Shown piece by piece: positions 19,739 through 29,678 of a stretch of 64,000 bases of DNA. The DNA comes from Escherichia phage ECO4. The stretch is taken from the sequence record NC_054911.1; one strand, given 5' to 3'. Below the pieces are notes generated by a model, which was given only the letters and a program-made list of their open reading frames with translations, searched no databases and was not told the DNA's origin. Both the position numbers and the translations under genes were made by a program. Within the stretch, counting starts at the first letter, position 1, and every line of letters begins with the position of its first letter.

Positions 19739-19980
19739 TAAATTTTCCTTGCTAAATCGCGAATTTGACCTACAGTATAGTCTTGAATATAAACTTTATT
19801 AATAGGCTCATCAATAAATTTTGCCATAGATTCAATGTCTTTTTGTATCTCTTCAAGACTGTATACTATCTTTGAAGCTTTTTCGCGAATAGTAATATTT
19901 TCAGGACCCGGATTTTCTTCAATGACAGCTTTAACATTTGTCATAAGAGATTTAAACTGGTACCAACTCAATTCAATCAT
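19738..19980 (-). CDS. Hypothetical protein (80 aa)
   Basis: ORF between dexA and dda. Confidence 0.55.
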   Translation of the reverse strand: MIELSWYQFKSLMTNVKAVIEENPGPENITIREKASKIVYSLEEIQKDIESMAKFIDEPINKVYIQDYTVGQIRDLARKI

Positions 19981-20233
19981 TAATAATCGCCTTATAAAGA
20001 TAGCTAATTTCGCCTAAAACATAATCACTGATTGTAACAGTTTTCACTTCACCACAAAAGAATTCTAACGCAATTAAATCTCGTTCAATTTCTTCTAATT
20101 GAAGCATTAACTTGCCTGATTCAGTTTTCACATTTTTGCGATTTTTGCTATAAGCTATTTCATAAATTTCGCTTACTTTATCTTGAAGAAGATAAAACTG
20201 ATCTTTAGTTATTTCCACGAATAGCTTCCTCAA
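19973..20233 (-). CDS. Hypothetical protein (86 aa)
   Basis: ORF between dexA and dda. Confidence 0.55.
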   Translation of the reverse strand: MRKLFVEITKDQFYLLQDKVSEIYEIAYSKNRKNVKTESGKLMLQLEEIERDLIALEFFCGEVKTVTISDYVLGEISYLYKAIIND

Positions 20234-20465
20234 ATTTAATTAATAATTTACAGACACTTTCATCTAGTGTAATTACCGTATCTGTATTACTGTGATATGA
20301 TTGTTTTTCAATTCGTTTAATTGCTAATATAGTATCACTTATAAGATAAAGCTTATGAAGGAGCTCAGCTCCTGTTACCATAACATCGAGATTATCTTGC
20401 TTATTAGTATGCTTCCTTATACCATCTATTAGACGATTTAAATATTTTGAATTGATGTTAATCAT
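20205..20465 (-). CDS. Hypothetical protein (86 aa)
   Basis: ORF; overlaps neighbour by 29 nt. Confidence 0.5.
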   Translation of the reverse strand: MININSKYLNRLIDGIRKHTNKQDNLDVMVTGAELLHKLYLISDTILAIKRIEKQSYHSNTDTVITLDESVCKLLIKFEEAIRGNN

Positions 20466-20471
20466 ATAGCC

Positions 20472-21791
20472 TCACACATAAAACACATCATAACGACCAC
20501 GTGTTACACCAACATAAAGAAGCTGCTGAGCTAGTTCAGCATCTGCATAATGAATACAAGGCGTATAAATGAAAGCACGGTCTACAGACATACCCTGAGC
20601 TTTATGGAATGTTGATGCAGGAAGTGCTTTCACTTTACTAAACTGTGATTTAGCATCCCAAAAATCACTCCACGGAGCTTTTCCGCCTTTATTCCAATTT
20701 TTATAAGTTTCTGCCGTTTTACCTAAAAACAGGTTAAACTTATATAGCTCTTCATCAGATGAAATTATTTTAATCTTTTCACGATAATATTCATCATCGC
20801 CGTAAGTTTCTACTGTTAAATCCCAATGACGAATTAAGTATTCTCCAGGAACACCACGAGCTTTAACAAACGTCGATGTATACTCTGCTTCTATAATACG
20901 AACTAATTGTCCGTTATTAAAAATAATTTCTGACACAGGCTTTCCATCAATTTTATATGTTTTAATTAATGGTTCCTGCATTACAATAATTTCACCGACA
21001 ATAAAATCTTTATCAGTTTCAAAAATCTTTTTACGAATAATGCTATTTAACTTGTCAACAGATTTATTCGTAAATGCCATTACGCGATTTTCAAACAAAT
21101 CATCTAGAGATTTGACAATTGAAAAATAATTCACCATAAAATCGCGTAAAGCGGTATCACCAGTAAATCCACGTACTCCATGCCCGTCAACAATTTTATC
21201 ATAAATCCACTTACCGTTACGAACGTCAGTAGCTACATCAATAATAGGAGCATTACTGCGTTTAACTTCAGTAAGTTCACACTGATAAAAATCTTTGTGT
21301 GTAAAGAATGGACTGATATAAGCAGTATTTTCTCCTGGATCAACAGGTCTAATTTGCTTATTATCCCCTATTCCAATTATAGTACACCAAGGTGGAATAG
21401 TTGAAAGCAGAATTTTAAATAGCTTTCTATCATACATTGACACTTCATCGCAGATTAATACCCTGCATTTAGCTAAATCTGGTACTTCCTTCTGTTCAAA
21501 AAGAACATTTTCTTCATATGTTACCGGGTTAATTTTAAGAATGCTGTGAATAGTACTCGCTTCTTTCCCCGACAGTTTTGAAAGAATCTTTTTAGCTGCA
21601 TGTGTAGGAGCTGCCAAAATGATACCAGTTTCACCCGTAGATATTAAAGCTTCAATGATGAACTTAGTAAGAGTAGTCTTACCAGTACCAGCAGGTCCAT
21701 TAATAGTTACATGATGTTTCTTTTCTTTAATAGCCCTCATAACGATGTTAAAGGCATTTTTCTGGCCTTCTGTCAAATCATCAAATGTCAT
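20472..21791 (-). CDS. dda: DNA helicase Dda (SF1B)
   Basis: 439 aa, Walker A GPAGTGKT, matches T4 Dda. Confidence 0.95.
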   Translation of the reverse strand: MTFDDLTEGQKNAFNIVMRAIKEKKHHVTINGPAGTGKTTLTKFIIEALISTGETGIILAAPTHAAKKILSKLSGKEASTIHSILKINPVTYEENVLFEQKEVPDLAKCRVLICDEVSMYDRKLFKILLSTIPPWCTIIGIGDNKQIRPVDPGENTAYISPFFTHKDFYQCELTEVKRSNAPIIDVATDVRNGKWIYDKIVDGHGVRGFTGDTALRDFMVNYFSIVKSLDDLFENRVMAFTNKSVDKLNSIIRKKIFETDKDFIVGEIIVMQEPLIKTYKIDGKPVSEIIFNNGQLVRIIEAEYTSTFVKARGVPGEYLIRHWDLTVETYGDDEYYREKIKIISSDEELYKFNLFLGKTAETYKNWNKGGKAPWSDFWDAKSQFSKVKALPASTFHKAQGMSVDRAFIYTPCIHYADAELAQQLLYVGVTRGRYDVFYV

Positions 21792-22099
21792 CGGAAAGTC
21801 CCTGCAATTGGAATACTAACAATACGCCCAGTATCTAGAATTCGTTGATATAATCTTTGTGTATCTACATCAGGCTTAACATGTTTAACTTCTATTTTAT
21901 TAAACCAAAACTTGCGTGGAGTCTCAACTAGTCTTGGAATTCCCATACCTAAAGCTAGTTTATATTGGTCTTTGAGAGTAGTAAAAACTCTATCAGCAAT
22001 CTCTCTTTCAAAAAACACAGCAGGACGATGTTCATCAAGTGGAACTGGCGCCGTAAATCCGTCTTTGTCTCGGTAAACTATCGCATATACATAAACCAT
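21788..22099 (-). CDS. Hypothetical protein (103 aa)
   Basis: ORF, ATGA coupling to dda. Confidence 0.6.
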   Translation of the reverse strand: MVYVYAIVYRDKDGFTAPVPLDEHRPAVFFEREIADRVFTTLKDQYKLALGMGIPRLVETPRKFWFNKIEVKHVKPDVDTQRLYQRILDTGRIVSIPIAGTFR

Positions 22100-22100
22100 A

Positions 22101-22856
22101 TTATCCTCGGATAAGTTTAAAAATTGAACAATTTAGCGGGTATCCTCTTTTCAGTTTAAGTTTATCAATAAAAGACAAGTTTTGATACCGCTCTACACCT
22201 TGAATAATTTTATCACACATATCATATTGCATTTCTGCTTCTGACAACTTTTTCACAATTTTCCAATCCGAGCCTTTAAGAAGAACGTTCAGTTTAACAA
22301 CTTCAGCGCCTTCTGCTATGCGAGAACCATCAATACGAGCTTTAAGTGCTATAATCCTTAGCTTAATGTCAGAGGTCTGTTTTGATTTAGAAAGCTGAGA
22401 AATGTGTTCAATTCGGTTTTCACGTTTTTTCTGTATAGCTTTAATTTGATTATAAGTCTTTTTGATTTTAGCCCATTTCTTTTCATCTAAATTTAGTTTA
22501 TGAACTTTTTTCGCAGATGAACGACCAATTCGCAAAGCAAATAAATCACGCTTTTCAATCAACTCTTCTAAAGTATAATCAGAACGAAATGTATTATACT
22601 TTTTCTTTACTGCAATAACATTCCCTTTAATGTATCCAATGTTATTATCAAAACGTTCTAATGATAATTTCTCTCCTTCAATACGATTATCAAAAGGTTC
22701 TCCCGAGTAAGCACAAACTTTTTGATCTAAAATGTTCTTAATGTAATTGAAGTCTAAGTTAAAATCTTTAGAACGTCTTTTTGCAGATGCCTGAGTATGC
22801 TCTAAACGACGTTTAATTTTACGAATTTGATTATTAGACATATTATGCAGTTTCAT
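22101..22856 (-). CDS. Hypothetical basic protein (251 aa), srd-position
   Basis: ORF upstream of dda; lysine/arginine-rich; name not verified. Confidence 0.55.
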   Translation of the reverse strand: MKLHNMSNNQIRKIKRRLEHTQASAKRRSKDFNLDFNYIKNILDQKVCAYSGEPFDNRIEGEKLSLERFDNNIGYIKGNVIAVKKKYNTFRSDYTLEELIEKRDLFALRIGRSSAKKVHKLNLDEKKWAKIKKTYNQIKAIQKKRENRIEHISQLSKSKQTSDIKLRIIALKARIDGSRIAEGAEVVKLNVLLKGSDWKIVKKLSEAEMQYDMCDKIIQGVERYQNLSFIDKLKLKRGYPLNCSIFKLIRG

Positions 22857-22887
22857 ATTTTTCTCACATCTTACGGACGATTGACTA

Positions 22888-22921
22888 CTATACTATAACA
22901 TTTTTACTTCAGATTGTAAAC
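22888..22921 (-). promoter_or_regulatory. Early promoter-like element
   Basis: GTTTACA, 17 nt, TTATAGTAT on minus strand. Confidence 0.4.
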
Positions 22922-22978
22922 AACTTTATGCAAAAATGCTTTAAAAATTTCATGGTATAATGAATCTAAGTCCTTCCA

Positions 22979-23581
22979 TTATAGATTAAATCCTTCAAAA
23001 TCAAGAGTATAGATAGTGTATGTTGAATACTTTTTGTACTCATATCTATCTGCAATTCTAAATACACTTCCAGCTGGTATCATTACTTCTTGTTCATCTG
23101 AAACTAATTCCATATTACGATAACGATGGCTATCCGGAAACTTAAAGTTTGGATTGTATTCTTTACAGCGTAGAGCTTTTATAGCATACTCCTGGAAATT
23201 GAATACCATAGGAGCTTTGAATTCAAAAATAACCTGTGTGTTATACTCTAAACCGGAAGCAAAATGTAGAGCTATATTTTTATCATATGAAGCTGATACG
23301 ACTTTATCAAATGTAATAATATCAATTCCTTGATTTAACGCTTGCTTAGTCTCAGCTGGAACACCTCTCCAAAGAGGTTTATCGTTTGGAACCAAACGAG
23401 ATTTGATTATTTCATTTAACCAAGTATGGTCATCTGGTTTGTTGGTAATACAATGAATTAAAAGTTCAATTTCAGATAAATTAAACCCTTCAGAAAGTAA
23501 TTCTTCACGAATAGAAGCACGCACCGATGCATCCATTGATTTTATTTTAAAATCTTTTAGTTGCATTACTGAGTATTTCAT
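22979..23581 (-). CDS. modA: ADP-ribosyltransferase ModA
   Basis: 200 aa; adjacent paralog of 207 aa; sizes match T4 ModA and ModB. Confidence 0.8.
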   Translation of the reverse strand: MKYSVMQLKDFKIKSMDASVRASIREELLSEGFNLSEIELLIHCITNKPDDHTWLNEIIKSRLVPNDKPLWRGVPAETKQALNQGIDIITFDKVVSASYDKNIALHFASGLEYNTQVIFEFKAPMVFNFQEYAIKALRCKEYNPNFKFPDSHRYRNMELVSDEQEVMIPAGSVFRIADRYEYKKYSTYTIYTLDFEGFNL

Positions 23582-24201
23582 TCAACTACCTCAATATCAT
23601 AAACTTTAAATGTTCCAAATGAATCGTGTAATTTTTCTTTTGAAATAGAAGTTATTTTATACTTTCCAATTGGAATCATCCATTCTTGTTCACGCACAAT
23701 CATCATTAAGTTATCAGTACGCTCTGAATCTAATCCATCAGTATCTTCATACGTGTACTTAAACTCAGTATTAGGAGAAGAAAGTATAATATCGCTGATA
23801 TGGTCAGAATAATTAAAAGCTTTATCAGTTTTTAAGCGAAATATTATTTCAGTGAAATACTCAACATAAGAAAAAGAACACGCTGTATGCAAACTAGTAG
23901 TAAATGAATCTACCCTGTTCGTTGAAAACACTTCTCCAACTTGTAAATCTTTAATGAGTTCTTTTGTCGATTTTGATATACCACGATATAATTGATAAGG
24001 CGATTTAGTTAAATGCTTTTTAATGATTTTATTCAACTGTCTGTGAAGAGCTTCATTCTTTTTGGCTTCCATACATTGCCAAAGAACAGACTGCTCAAAG
24101 TCAGTAAATTTTTCACAGACTTTTTTATACATATCATATTGAAAATCAACGCTTTCAGCTTTTATAGATAACTGTTCAACATCTGCAAGATTAATAATCA
24201 T
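23578..24201 (-). CDS. modB: ADP-ribosyltransferase ModB
   Basis: 207 aa, SD GGAGGCTATC. Confidence 0.8.
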   Translation of the reverse strand: MIINLADVEQLSIKAESVDFQYDMYKKVCEKFTDFEQSVLWQCMEAKKNEALHRQLNKIIKKHLTKSPYQLYRGISKSTKELIKDLQVGEVFSTNRVDSFTTSLHTACSFSYVEYFTEIIFRLKTDKAFNYSDHISDIILSSPNTEFKYTYEDTDGLDSERTDNLMMIVREQEWMIPIGKYKITSISKEKLHDSFGTFKVYDIEVVE

Positions 24202-24225
24202 GATAGCCTCCGTATACTTCAGAAG

Positions 24226-24257
24226 CTATCATATCATTGTTAGAAAGGAAAGTAAAC
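24226..24257 (-). promoter_or_regulatory. Early promoter-like element upstream of modB
   Basis: GTTTAC, 15 nt, TGATATGAT. Confidence 0.4.
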
Positions 24258-24268
24258 AACTTTTTGAA

Positions 24269-24451
24269 TTATTTTGCCCAGGGAGCCCAAGGCGGAGGGT
24301 CAAGATGGTATGAAGCTAGTTCTTCTAGAAGAGCATCTGGGGCTTCAATTCCATAATTCTGTAATACTATACGGTATTCTTTCTTATAATCACTAGAATC
24401 ATTCCGGATATTCGTAGAATGATTATCTTCTAACATCTCAAATAAATCCAT
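24269..24451 (-). CDS. Hypothetical protein (60 aa)
   Basis: ORF. Confidence 0.45.
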   Translation of the reverse strand: MDLFEMLEDNHSTNIRNDSSDYKKEYRIVLQNYGIEAPDALLEELASYHLDPPPWAPWAK

Positions 24452-24459
24452 ACTAATTC

Positions 24460-24930
24460 CTAGCGATAAAAACCAAATTGACGATTAGCTTCAATAATTT
24501 TTCTTTCTTCTTCGGACATTCTCCAGCGTAGTCCAACATCAAAATGAGCCCAGACCATCTTAACAAATGCATTTATATCTTTAATATCTTCAATAATGAA
24601 TGTTTTACTTTTAGAAGGTTGACTCGCTAATTTAACTTTATCGTCTTCAAACAGGTCAAAAAGACCATATTCACGAGCTCTTTTATAGCCTTTAATAGTT
24701 AAAGCTTCAGAAGAAGAAAATGGTGAATCAGTATTCTGCAAAATATCTTCAGTATGTTTTATAATTAGAATAACATTTTCTGGATATTTTCTTTCTTTTA
24801 TATCTTTAATTAAAATATCCGGATTTTCTGCTAAAGGAATAATTAATGAGCACTCTTTATCAAGTGTATTTACTGATTTACCTTCTTTAGACATAAATTC
24901 TATTGAATAATGTTTTGCTACTTCAATCAT
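24460..24930 (-). CDS. Hypothetical protein (156 aa)
   Basis: ORF. Confidence 0.6.
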   Translation of the reverse strand: MIEVAKHYSIEFMSKEGKSVNTLDKECSLIIPLAENPDILIKDIKERKYPENVILIIKHTEDILQNTDSPFSSSEALTIKGYKRAREYGLFDLFEDDKVKLASQPSKSKTFIIEDIKDINAFVKMVWAHFDVGLRWRMSEEERKIIEANRQFGFYR

Positions 24931-25087
24931 TCGATTTCCTCTTGCCTACTAATGGACCGTCAAGAATTTTGTTTTCCTGGATATATTTCTCATTTTCTTC
25001 CATCATTTTACTGCCAATTTTAAGAAGCAAATCCAATGCTTCATTTGCTTTAGCCTTGGCCTCTTCTAACGTCATATCTCTGTTCAT
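24923..25087 (-). CDS. Small ORF (54 aa)
   Basis: Overlaps downstream start by 8 nt; weak SD. Confidence 0.3.
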   Translation of the reverse strand: MNRDMTLEEAKAKANEALDLLLKIGSKMMEENEKYIQENKILDGPLVGKRKSND

Positions 25088-25250
25088 GATTTATCCCCAT
25101 AGATGTCTCTCATCAATTTAAGCGCTGAGCGTTCTAATTTCTTTTCTTTCTCGGCACTAATCATTGATTTCATCCATTCTTCTGATTCGTTCTGCATTTC
25201 TTTATTTGCCTGTTCAACCCAACCATCATCAATATACTCTACTGAACCAT

Positions 25251-25736
25251 TCAAACATTTTCTTCAGAACTTTCATCTGTTTTACCTAAAACAACAGTAG
25301 GAGCATCATCAAATTCATGAATTTTTAGCAAATTTGGATGTAAACTATTCCATACAGAAGAAATAAAGTATGATAAAGCATCTTCACTCGCAATTATAAA
25401 TTTGTTTCCTTTATCTATTTTCCAGTTATATACTGAATCGTACGAATAAAAAGATAAGGGTTTATCATTATATTGTTCTGCGCTAACATTAATGTATTCG
25501 GATTTAGTAAATGCTTCAATTGCTCTAAACGGAATATTTGGTACAGTTTTAATAATACCAATCTTTTTAAGTTTTATTTCAGCATCTTCTGGAACTGGCA
25601 TTGAAACGAAATTTTCTACGAGATACATTGGGTCACAATAACCCTTATCAATCATTACTGCTACTGTAATTGGAACATCTTTAGCAAACGACATACTATT
25701 ACTGCTAATATACATTTCAAACAAAATCGCTTCCAT
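25251..25736 (-). CDS. Hypothetical protein (161 aa), possibly Mrh-like
   Basis: ATG 25736 with SD GAGGAAAATT; size matches my recollection of T4 mrh, not verified. Confidence 0.5.
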   Translation of the reverse strand: MEAILFEMYISSNSMSFAKDVPITVAVMIDKGYCDPMYLVENFVSMPVPEDAEIKLKKIGIIKTVPNIPFRAIEAFTKSEYINVSAEQYNDKPLSFYSYDSVYNWKIDKGNKFIIASEDALSYFISSVWNSLHPNLLKIHEFDDAPTVVLGKTDESSEENV

Positions 25737-25744
25737 AATTTTCC

Positions 25745-26086
25745 TCAATCGCAAGATGTAGATGAACAACTAGAATCACAAGAACTTCCACACGAATCGC
25801 CCGTCCATACATGAACAGGAACATTAGTGTCATATGAATCAGAACTAGACTGTGTATTCTGTGCATTAGATGATGTAGTAGGTGTTGACCAGCGCCAAGG
25901 ATTTTTATAATATTCCTGGGCTTCTTCATAAGTCATAGTAACTGCTTCTACTGTTCCATCTCCCATATAAACATATTCAACTACAGTTAAAGGAAGGTAG
26001 TCGTTTGAAATAGGAACTACACCTTCTCCAGGAGCTGTAGAGAAAAAATCCGTAAAGAAATTTTTAAACCAGTTAAAGATAAACAT
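25745..26086 (-). CDS. Hypothetical protein (113 aa) with Cys/Ser-rich C-terminal tail
   Basis: Ends ...[18 protein letters not shown]. Confidence 0.5.
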   Translation of the reverse strand: MFIFNWFKNFFTDFFSTAPGEGVVPISNDYLPLTVVEYVYMGDGTVEAVTMTYEEAQEYYKNPWRWSTPTTSSNAQNTQSSSDSYDTNVPVHVWTGDSCGSSCDSSCSSTSCD

Positions 26087-26292
26087 TACAAAAAGCCTCT
26101 CTTGAATTCAACTTGCTTCTCACCATAATCATATCGAATCTCTGCATTAAATTCGACAGAACCATCTGCGTACATCATAAATGAATGCACAACAACTTCT
26201 GTAGACCATGGCTGTAGTTCATATTTCTTCATTACATGCCGTGAAATGATAATATCTAAATCTTCATTTGGTTTAATCCAACGATTTAACAT
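26086..26292 (-). CDS. Hypothetical protein (68 aa)
   Basis: ORF downstream of a canonical early promoter. Confidence 0.55.
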   Translation of the reverse strand: MLNRWIKPNEDLDIIISRHVMKKYELQPWSTEVVVHSFMMYADGSVEFNAEIRYDYGEKQVEFKRGFL

Positions 26293-26316
26293 AGTGCTCT
26301 CCTCTATAAGATAATT

Positions 26317-26348
26317 TTATTATACCATACTCATTTTGGAAAGTAAAC
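26317..26348 (-). promoter_or_regulatory. T4-type early promoter (GTTTAC, 18 nt, TATAAT with TGG prefix)
   Basis: GTTTACTTTCCAAAATGAGTATGGTATAAT. Confidence 0.6.
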
Positions 26349-26363
26349 CGGTAAAATGAAAAA

Positions 26364-26383
26364 GGACTCCCGAAGGAGTCCTT
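26364..26383 (-). terminator. Rho-independent terminator after soc (GGACTCC-TTCG-GGAGTCC then T5)
   Basis: Stem-loop followed by TTTTT on minus strand. Confidence 0.65.
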
Positions 26384-26387
26384 GAAA

Positions 26388-26633
26388 TTATTCACCAGTT
26401 ACTTTCCACAAATCTTCGTTTGCAGCAATCCACGCAGCACGTTGATTTTCTTCATATACAGTAGTATATGCTGCTTTTTCTGAAGGGAATGTCTGGTAAT
26501 GAGCACCAGAAATTTTGTGAACGTCAGAATAAAGAGGGAAAGCTACAGAAATTTCCTTTCCTTCAATTTTCTTATTTCCATCTAATTTCTGCTCAAATGT
26601 TTTGATATTAACATAACCGCGAGTACTAGCCAT
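26388..26633 (-). CDS. soc: Small outer capsid protein Soc
   Basis: 81 aa, MASTRGYVNIKTFEQKLDGNKKIEGKEISVAFPLY... matches T4 Soc. Confidence 0.9.
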   Translation of the reverse strand: MASTRGYVNIKTFEQKLDGNKKIEGKEISVAFPLYSDVHKISGAHYQTFPSEKAAYTTVYEENQRAAWIAANEDLWKVTGE

Positions 26634-26715
26634 GTAATTCTCCTTTTATTTAAATTACATGATTATTTATAATAATTCTCGCGGCTTTTAAGTCGTCGTT
26701 TAAATAAACGAGCTA

Positions 26716-27234
26716 TTAATAACCTCGGTCTTGACGAGCGAAGTTTTCAGCATTCTTCAGATAATAAAGTTTAAAGATTTCTTCAGCAGTAAGGCCGAGA
26801 CCTTGGAACATGTTCAGAACGAAATGAAGAATATCAATCATTTCGAATTTAATTTCCAACTGGTCTTGTGGAGACAAATCAGTAATCAGAGTTTCACGAC
26901 GTTCACCATGCTGCGACTTCCAAGGCTTCCATACAGCAGATGCATCTTTTTCGCCATTGCTCATACCACCAAGAGATGTCAGAAGTTCACGGAATTCATC
27001 GTCAATATAATCTTTCTGATTACGCAGCCAATCGACAACTTCACCTGCAGTAGCCAAATCATCAGGATGACGGTTATATTCAGGTTTATCTTTAGCTAAA
27101 CGAACCTGCAAAGATTTCTGCATATCAAGCATAACTTGCAGTGGGTCTTTTTCGTCACCGAGAATATCCCAATATTCATTTTGAGCTTTATCAGCGCCTT
27201 CGATCAGTTGCGAACATTCATTAAAGTAAGCCAT
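26716..27234 (-). CDS. 56: dCTP pyrophosphatase gp56
   Basis: 172 aa from ATG 27234 (MAYFNECSQLIEG...), SD AAAGGAAAAATA; the listed 203-aa form is an upstream extension. Confidence 0.9.
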   Translation of the reverse strand: MAYFNECSQLIEGADKAQNEYWDILGDEKDPLQVMLDMQKSLQVRLAKDKPEYNRHPDDLATAGEVVDWLRNQKDYIDDEFRELLTSLGGMSNGEKDASAVWKPWKSQHGERRETLITDLSPQDQLEIKFEMIDILHFVLNMFQGLGLTAEEIFKLYYLKNAENFARQDRGY

Positions 27235-27305
27235 TATTTTTCCTTTCAATTCATGGGTTAGTAGATTAATTATACAATAAATATATAAAGCAATAAGGAG
27301 GACAT

Positions 27306-27506
27306 ATGGTACAAAAATTAATGGCACTTGTTAATGCCATAAAAGGTAATAAAAAACGTATAGCTTTTACTATTTCTGCTATGATAGGAATTTTACTCTG
27401 GAATTTTGTTTTATCACCAATTGCTATTGCTCATGGCGTTAATATTCCAGTAATTACTCTCGATACATTCGTAGATTTAGCATTTGCTTTGGTTGGGTTA
27501 ATTTAA
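27306..27506 (+). CDS. Plus-strand small membrane protein (66 aa, two predicted TM helices)
   Basis: Strong SD AAGGAGG 5 nt before ATG; hydrophobic; lies in the gap between 56 and 61 on the opposite strand to all neighbours. Confidence 0.5.
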   Translation: MVQKLMALVNAIKGNKKRIAFTISAMIGILLWNFVLSPIAIAHGVNIPVITLDTFVDLAFALVGLI

Positions 27507-28531
27507 ATCTTAGCATATTTAGATAGCCGCATTTTAGCCATCAACCCTTGGGCAATATTATTTTTCATATATTCCATAATTTGTTCAGGGGTTGCACCTT
27601 CCTTTCTAATCATATCATTAACATCTTTTGATTTCCAGGGAGATTTGTCCCAAAACATAACCCTTTCTCCTGCATCAACCAATTTAGTCATTCGTTTAAT
27701 AGTGTCAGGATGACGAGGTTCATTATCTAAAACCCATACACGTCTATCTTTAAATGGAACAATTTCTAGGTCTAATTGACCACCCGTAATAGCTATACCG
27801 TTTTCAATAAAAAGTGAATCTATAGGTCCTTCTAGAACATATACATCACCATCTTTAACCCGTTCAACTCCATAGATTTTTGTTGCCTCAGGATAAGCTT
27901 TGATGGTGATATATTTTTGAGGAGCATCTTTCTTTAATGCACGTCCTTGAAAAGACTCAGCTTTTCCATTAGCATTATAAATTGGAATAACAAGACGAGG
28001 CTCAGATATTTCCTTTTTATATGTTCCCGGTGCTATACTATTAACTAATTTAGGCCATTCGGTTGTAAACCAAAGATATTTCCATTTATCCTTTGGAATA
28101 CAGCGAGCTTTTACGTATTTTATAATTGGATGGTCTTCCGCCAGTTTATCTAATCTAATACATGACGGAAGAGATTTAATTATTTTCTTCTCAGGTTGTT
28201 TAGAAAGTTCTTTAGGTTTTTCTACTGGACGACTTTTACCTTTTTCTTTTCTTATTTCAAAGATATACTCACGATATAAATCAGGTTCAAACTCCTTTAA
28301 ATATATTCCGATTGGTGCATGATAGTTACAGTTATAACAATGAATATTTCCTTCATTATTATCACCATAATACCATCCACGGGCTTTATTTTGGTCGGTT
28401 TTTGAATCTCCACAAACAGGGCATCTAAACCGCAATTTAAAAGTTGAACTATTATTTACTTGTGTGAATTTAGGTAAATGAGCTAATGCACGATATGCAA
28501 ACTCATTATCAATCCAAGGTATTGATGACAT
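27503..28531 (-). CDS. 61: DNA primase gp61
   Basis: 342 aa; zinc finger CPVCGDS...CYNC; matches T4 gp61. Confidence 0.95.
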   Translation of the reverse strand: MSSIPWIDNEFAYRALAHLPKFTQVNNSSTFKLRFRCPVCGDSKTDQNKARGWYYGDNNEGNIHCYNCNYHAPIGIYLKEFEPDLYREYIFEIRKEKGKSRPVEKPKELSKQPEKKIIKSLPSCIRLDKLAEDHPIIKYVKARCIPKDKWKYLWFTTEWPKLVNSIAPGTYKKEISEPRLVIPIYNANGKAESFQGRALKKDAPQKYITIKAYPEATKIYGVERVKDGDVYVLEGPIDSLFIENGIAITGGQLDLEIVPFKDRRVWVLDNEPRHPDTIKRMTKLVDAGERVMFWDKSPWKSKDVNDMIRKEGATPEQIMEYMKNNIAQGLMAKMRLSKYAKI

Positions 28532-28533
28532 TT

Positions 28534-28698
28534 TTACTCTTCTTTTTCTTTAGATTCCTCTTTTTTCTTTTTAGGAATCTGTTCAGGACCTTTATTTACT
28601 ACAGCGCCTGACGTTGTTCCAGTAGAGATATTTTCAGGATTACCACCTGAATCTCCAGCGACCATATCTTCTTTAATAAATTCTTTATATGTTTTCAT
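28534..28698 (-). CDS. Small hydrophilic ORF (54 aa)
   Basis: SD AGAGG before ATG 28698; stop 2 nt before gp61 ATG. Confidence 0.4.
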   Translation of the reverse strand: MKTYKEFIKEDMVAGDSGGNPENISTGTTSGAVVNKGPEQIPKKKKEESKEKEE

Positions 28699-28710
28699 AT
28701 TAACCTCTAT

Positions 28711-29325
28711 TCATAAAAGCATTAAAATTTGGTCATCAATAGAAACATTTACTTTAGACTGTTTTTCGGATGGTAATTCATATCCACATATTACAATTTT
28801 GTGATCAATATCAAAATACACAGAAGCAATATGATTAATGCTGTTTTCAGTAAAGTCTAAATCAACATCAATATCTTTTTGACCAAAGCCCAAAGGATAA
28901 ATAATGCGAGTAATTCGATTATCTTTAACAAAGATTCCACCGACATACTCTGTACTGCGTTTAAAGTCTACACGCCGACGAAATGAAAAATATTCAGGCT
29001 CTTTATGAGCTCGGCTCATAGGACACAACGAGTAACTAGAATAAGAGATGTCAAATCCTACACCTTCGATATGAGCCATAGCGTCATGATTAAACCAATT
29101 ATAATCGTACGCCAAATCCATTAGATTATAATATGTAAAAGGCACCGGATTAACATCATTAGTCACAAGCATGTAATTAGCAACTGCTATAATTTCATTG
29201 TTTTTAACGAATACAAACCGTGATTGATGCGAATGGCCTGGACCTGCGTTTTCACGATTAATGATATAACACTGGGCACCTTTATATTTGTATGTATCTT
29301 TGCACTTGTGCATTTGATAGAGCAT
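28711..29325 (-). CDS. Hypothetical protein (204 aa), 61.x position
   Basis: ORF between primase and sp; candidate accessory or anti-defence gene by position. Confidence 0.6.
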   Translation of the reverse strand: MLYQMHKCKDTYKYKGAQCYIINRENAGPGHSHQSRFVFVKNNEIIAVANYMLVTNDVNPVPFTYYNLMDLAYDYNWFNHDAMAHIEGVGFDISYSSYSLCPMSRAHKEPEYFSFRRRVDFKRSTEYVGGIFVKDNRITRIIYPLGFGQKDIDVDLDFTENSINHIASVYFDIDHKIVICGYELPSEKQSKVNVSIDDQILMLL

Positions 29326-29618
29326 TATTCACCTACCACTTCAGCGATGATATTTTTGTTATTAAAGTTTTTATCGCAATACAGAACATAATTATACTGC
29401 ATTACACCACCAGACTTAAGCTGTTTTTGTACTTCAGCTTTCATTTCAGGACGATCGCGCTCAACGATATTCATAATATCCGCTTCAATTTGAGTTTCAA
29501 CCTCAGTCTGATCAGCAGTCATAGACCATTCACACAAATCTTTATCATAACCTGCCATAGCAGGCTGAGCAGCACAAGAAGCCAAAGCAAAAATTGTAGC
29601 AAAAATAAATTTTTTCAT
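29325..29618 (-). CDS. sp: Spackle periplasmic protein (superinfection exclusion)
   Basis: 97 aa with cleavable signal peptide MKKFIFATIFALASCAAQPAMA; position between 61 and 41. Confidence 0.75.
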   Translation of the reverse strand: MKKFIFATIFALASCAAQPAMAGYDKDLCEWSMTADQTEVETQIEADIMNIVERDRPEMKAEVQKQLKSGGVMQYNYVLYCDKNFNNKNIIAEVVGE

Positions 29619-29644
29619 GATAATCTCCTCAGTAGTTTATGTTT

Positions 29645-29676
29645 ATATAGTATCTCAATTTCCAACAAAAGTAAAC
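29645..29676 (-). promoter_or_regulatory. Early promoter-like element upstream of sp
   Basis: GTTTAC, 18 nt, TACTATAT. Confidence 0.4.
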
Positions 29677-29678
29677 AG

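Noticed and set aside
25717-25929. 70-aa minus-strand ORF overlapping two adjacent genes
   Set aside because: Out-of-frame overlap with two better-supported ORFs; histidine and leucine-rich composition typical of an alternate frame
26716-27327. Long forms of ORFs with upstream extensions (203-aa gp56, 168-aa ndd, 150-aa nrdH-like, 194-aa gp62, 324-aa gp44, 187-aa gp55, 163-aa nrdG)
   Set aside because: Internal ATG or GTG with a good SD reproduces the known T4 protein length; the extensions overlap upstream genes or start at non-ATG codons
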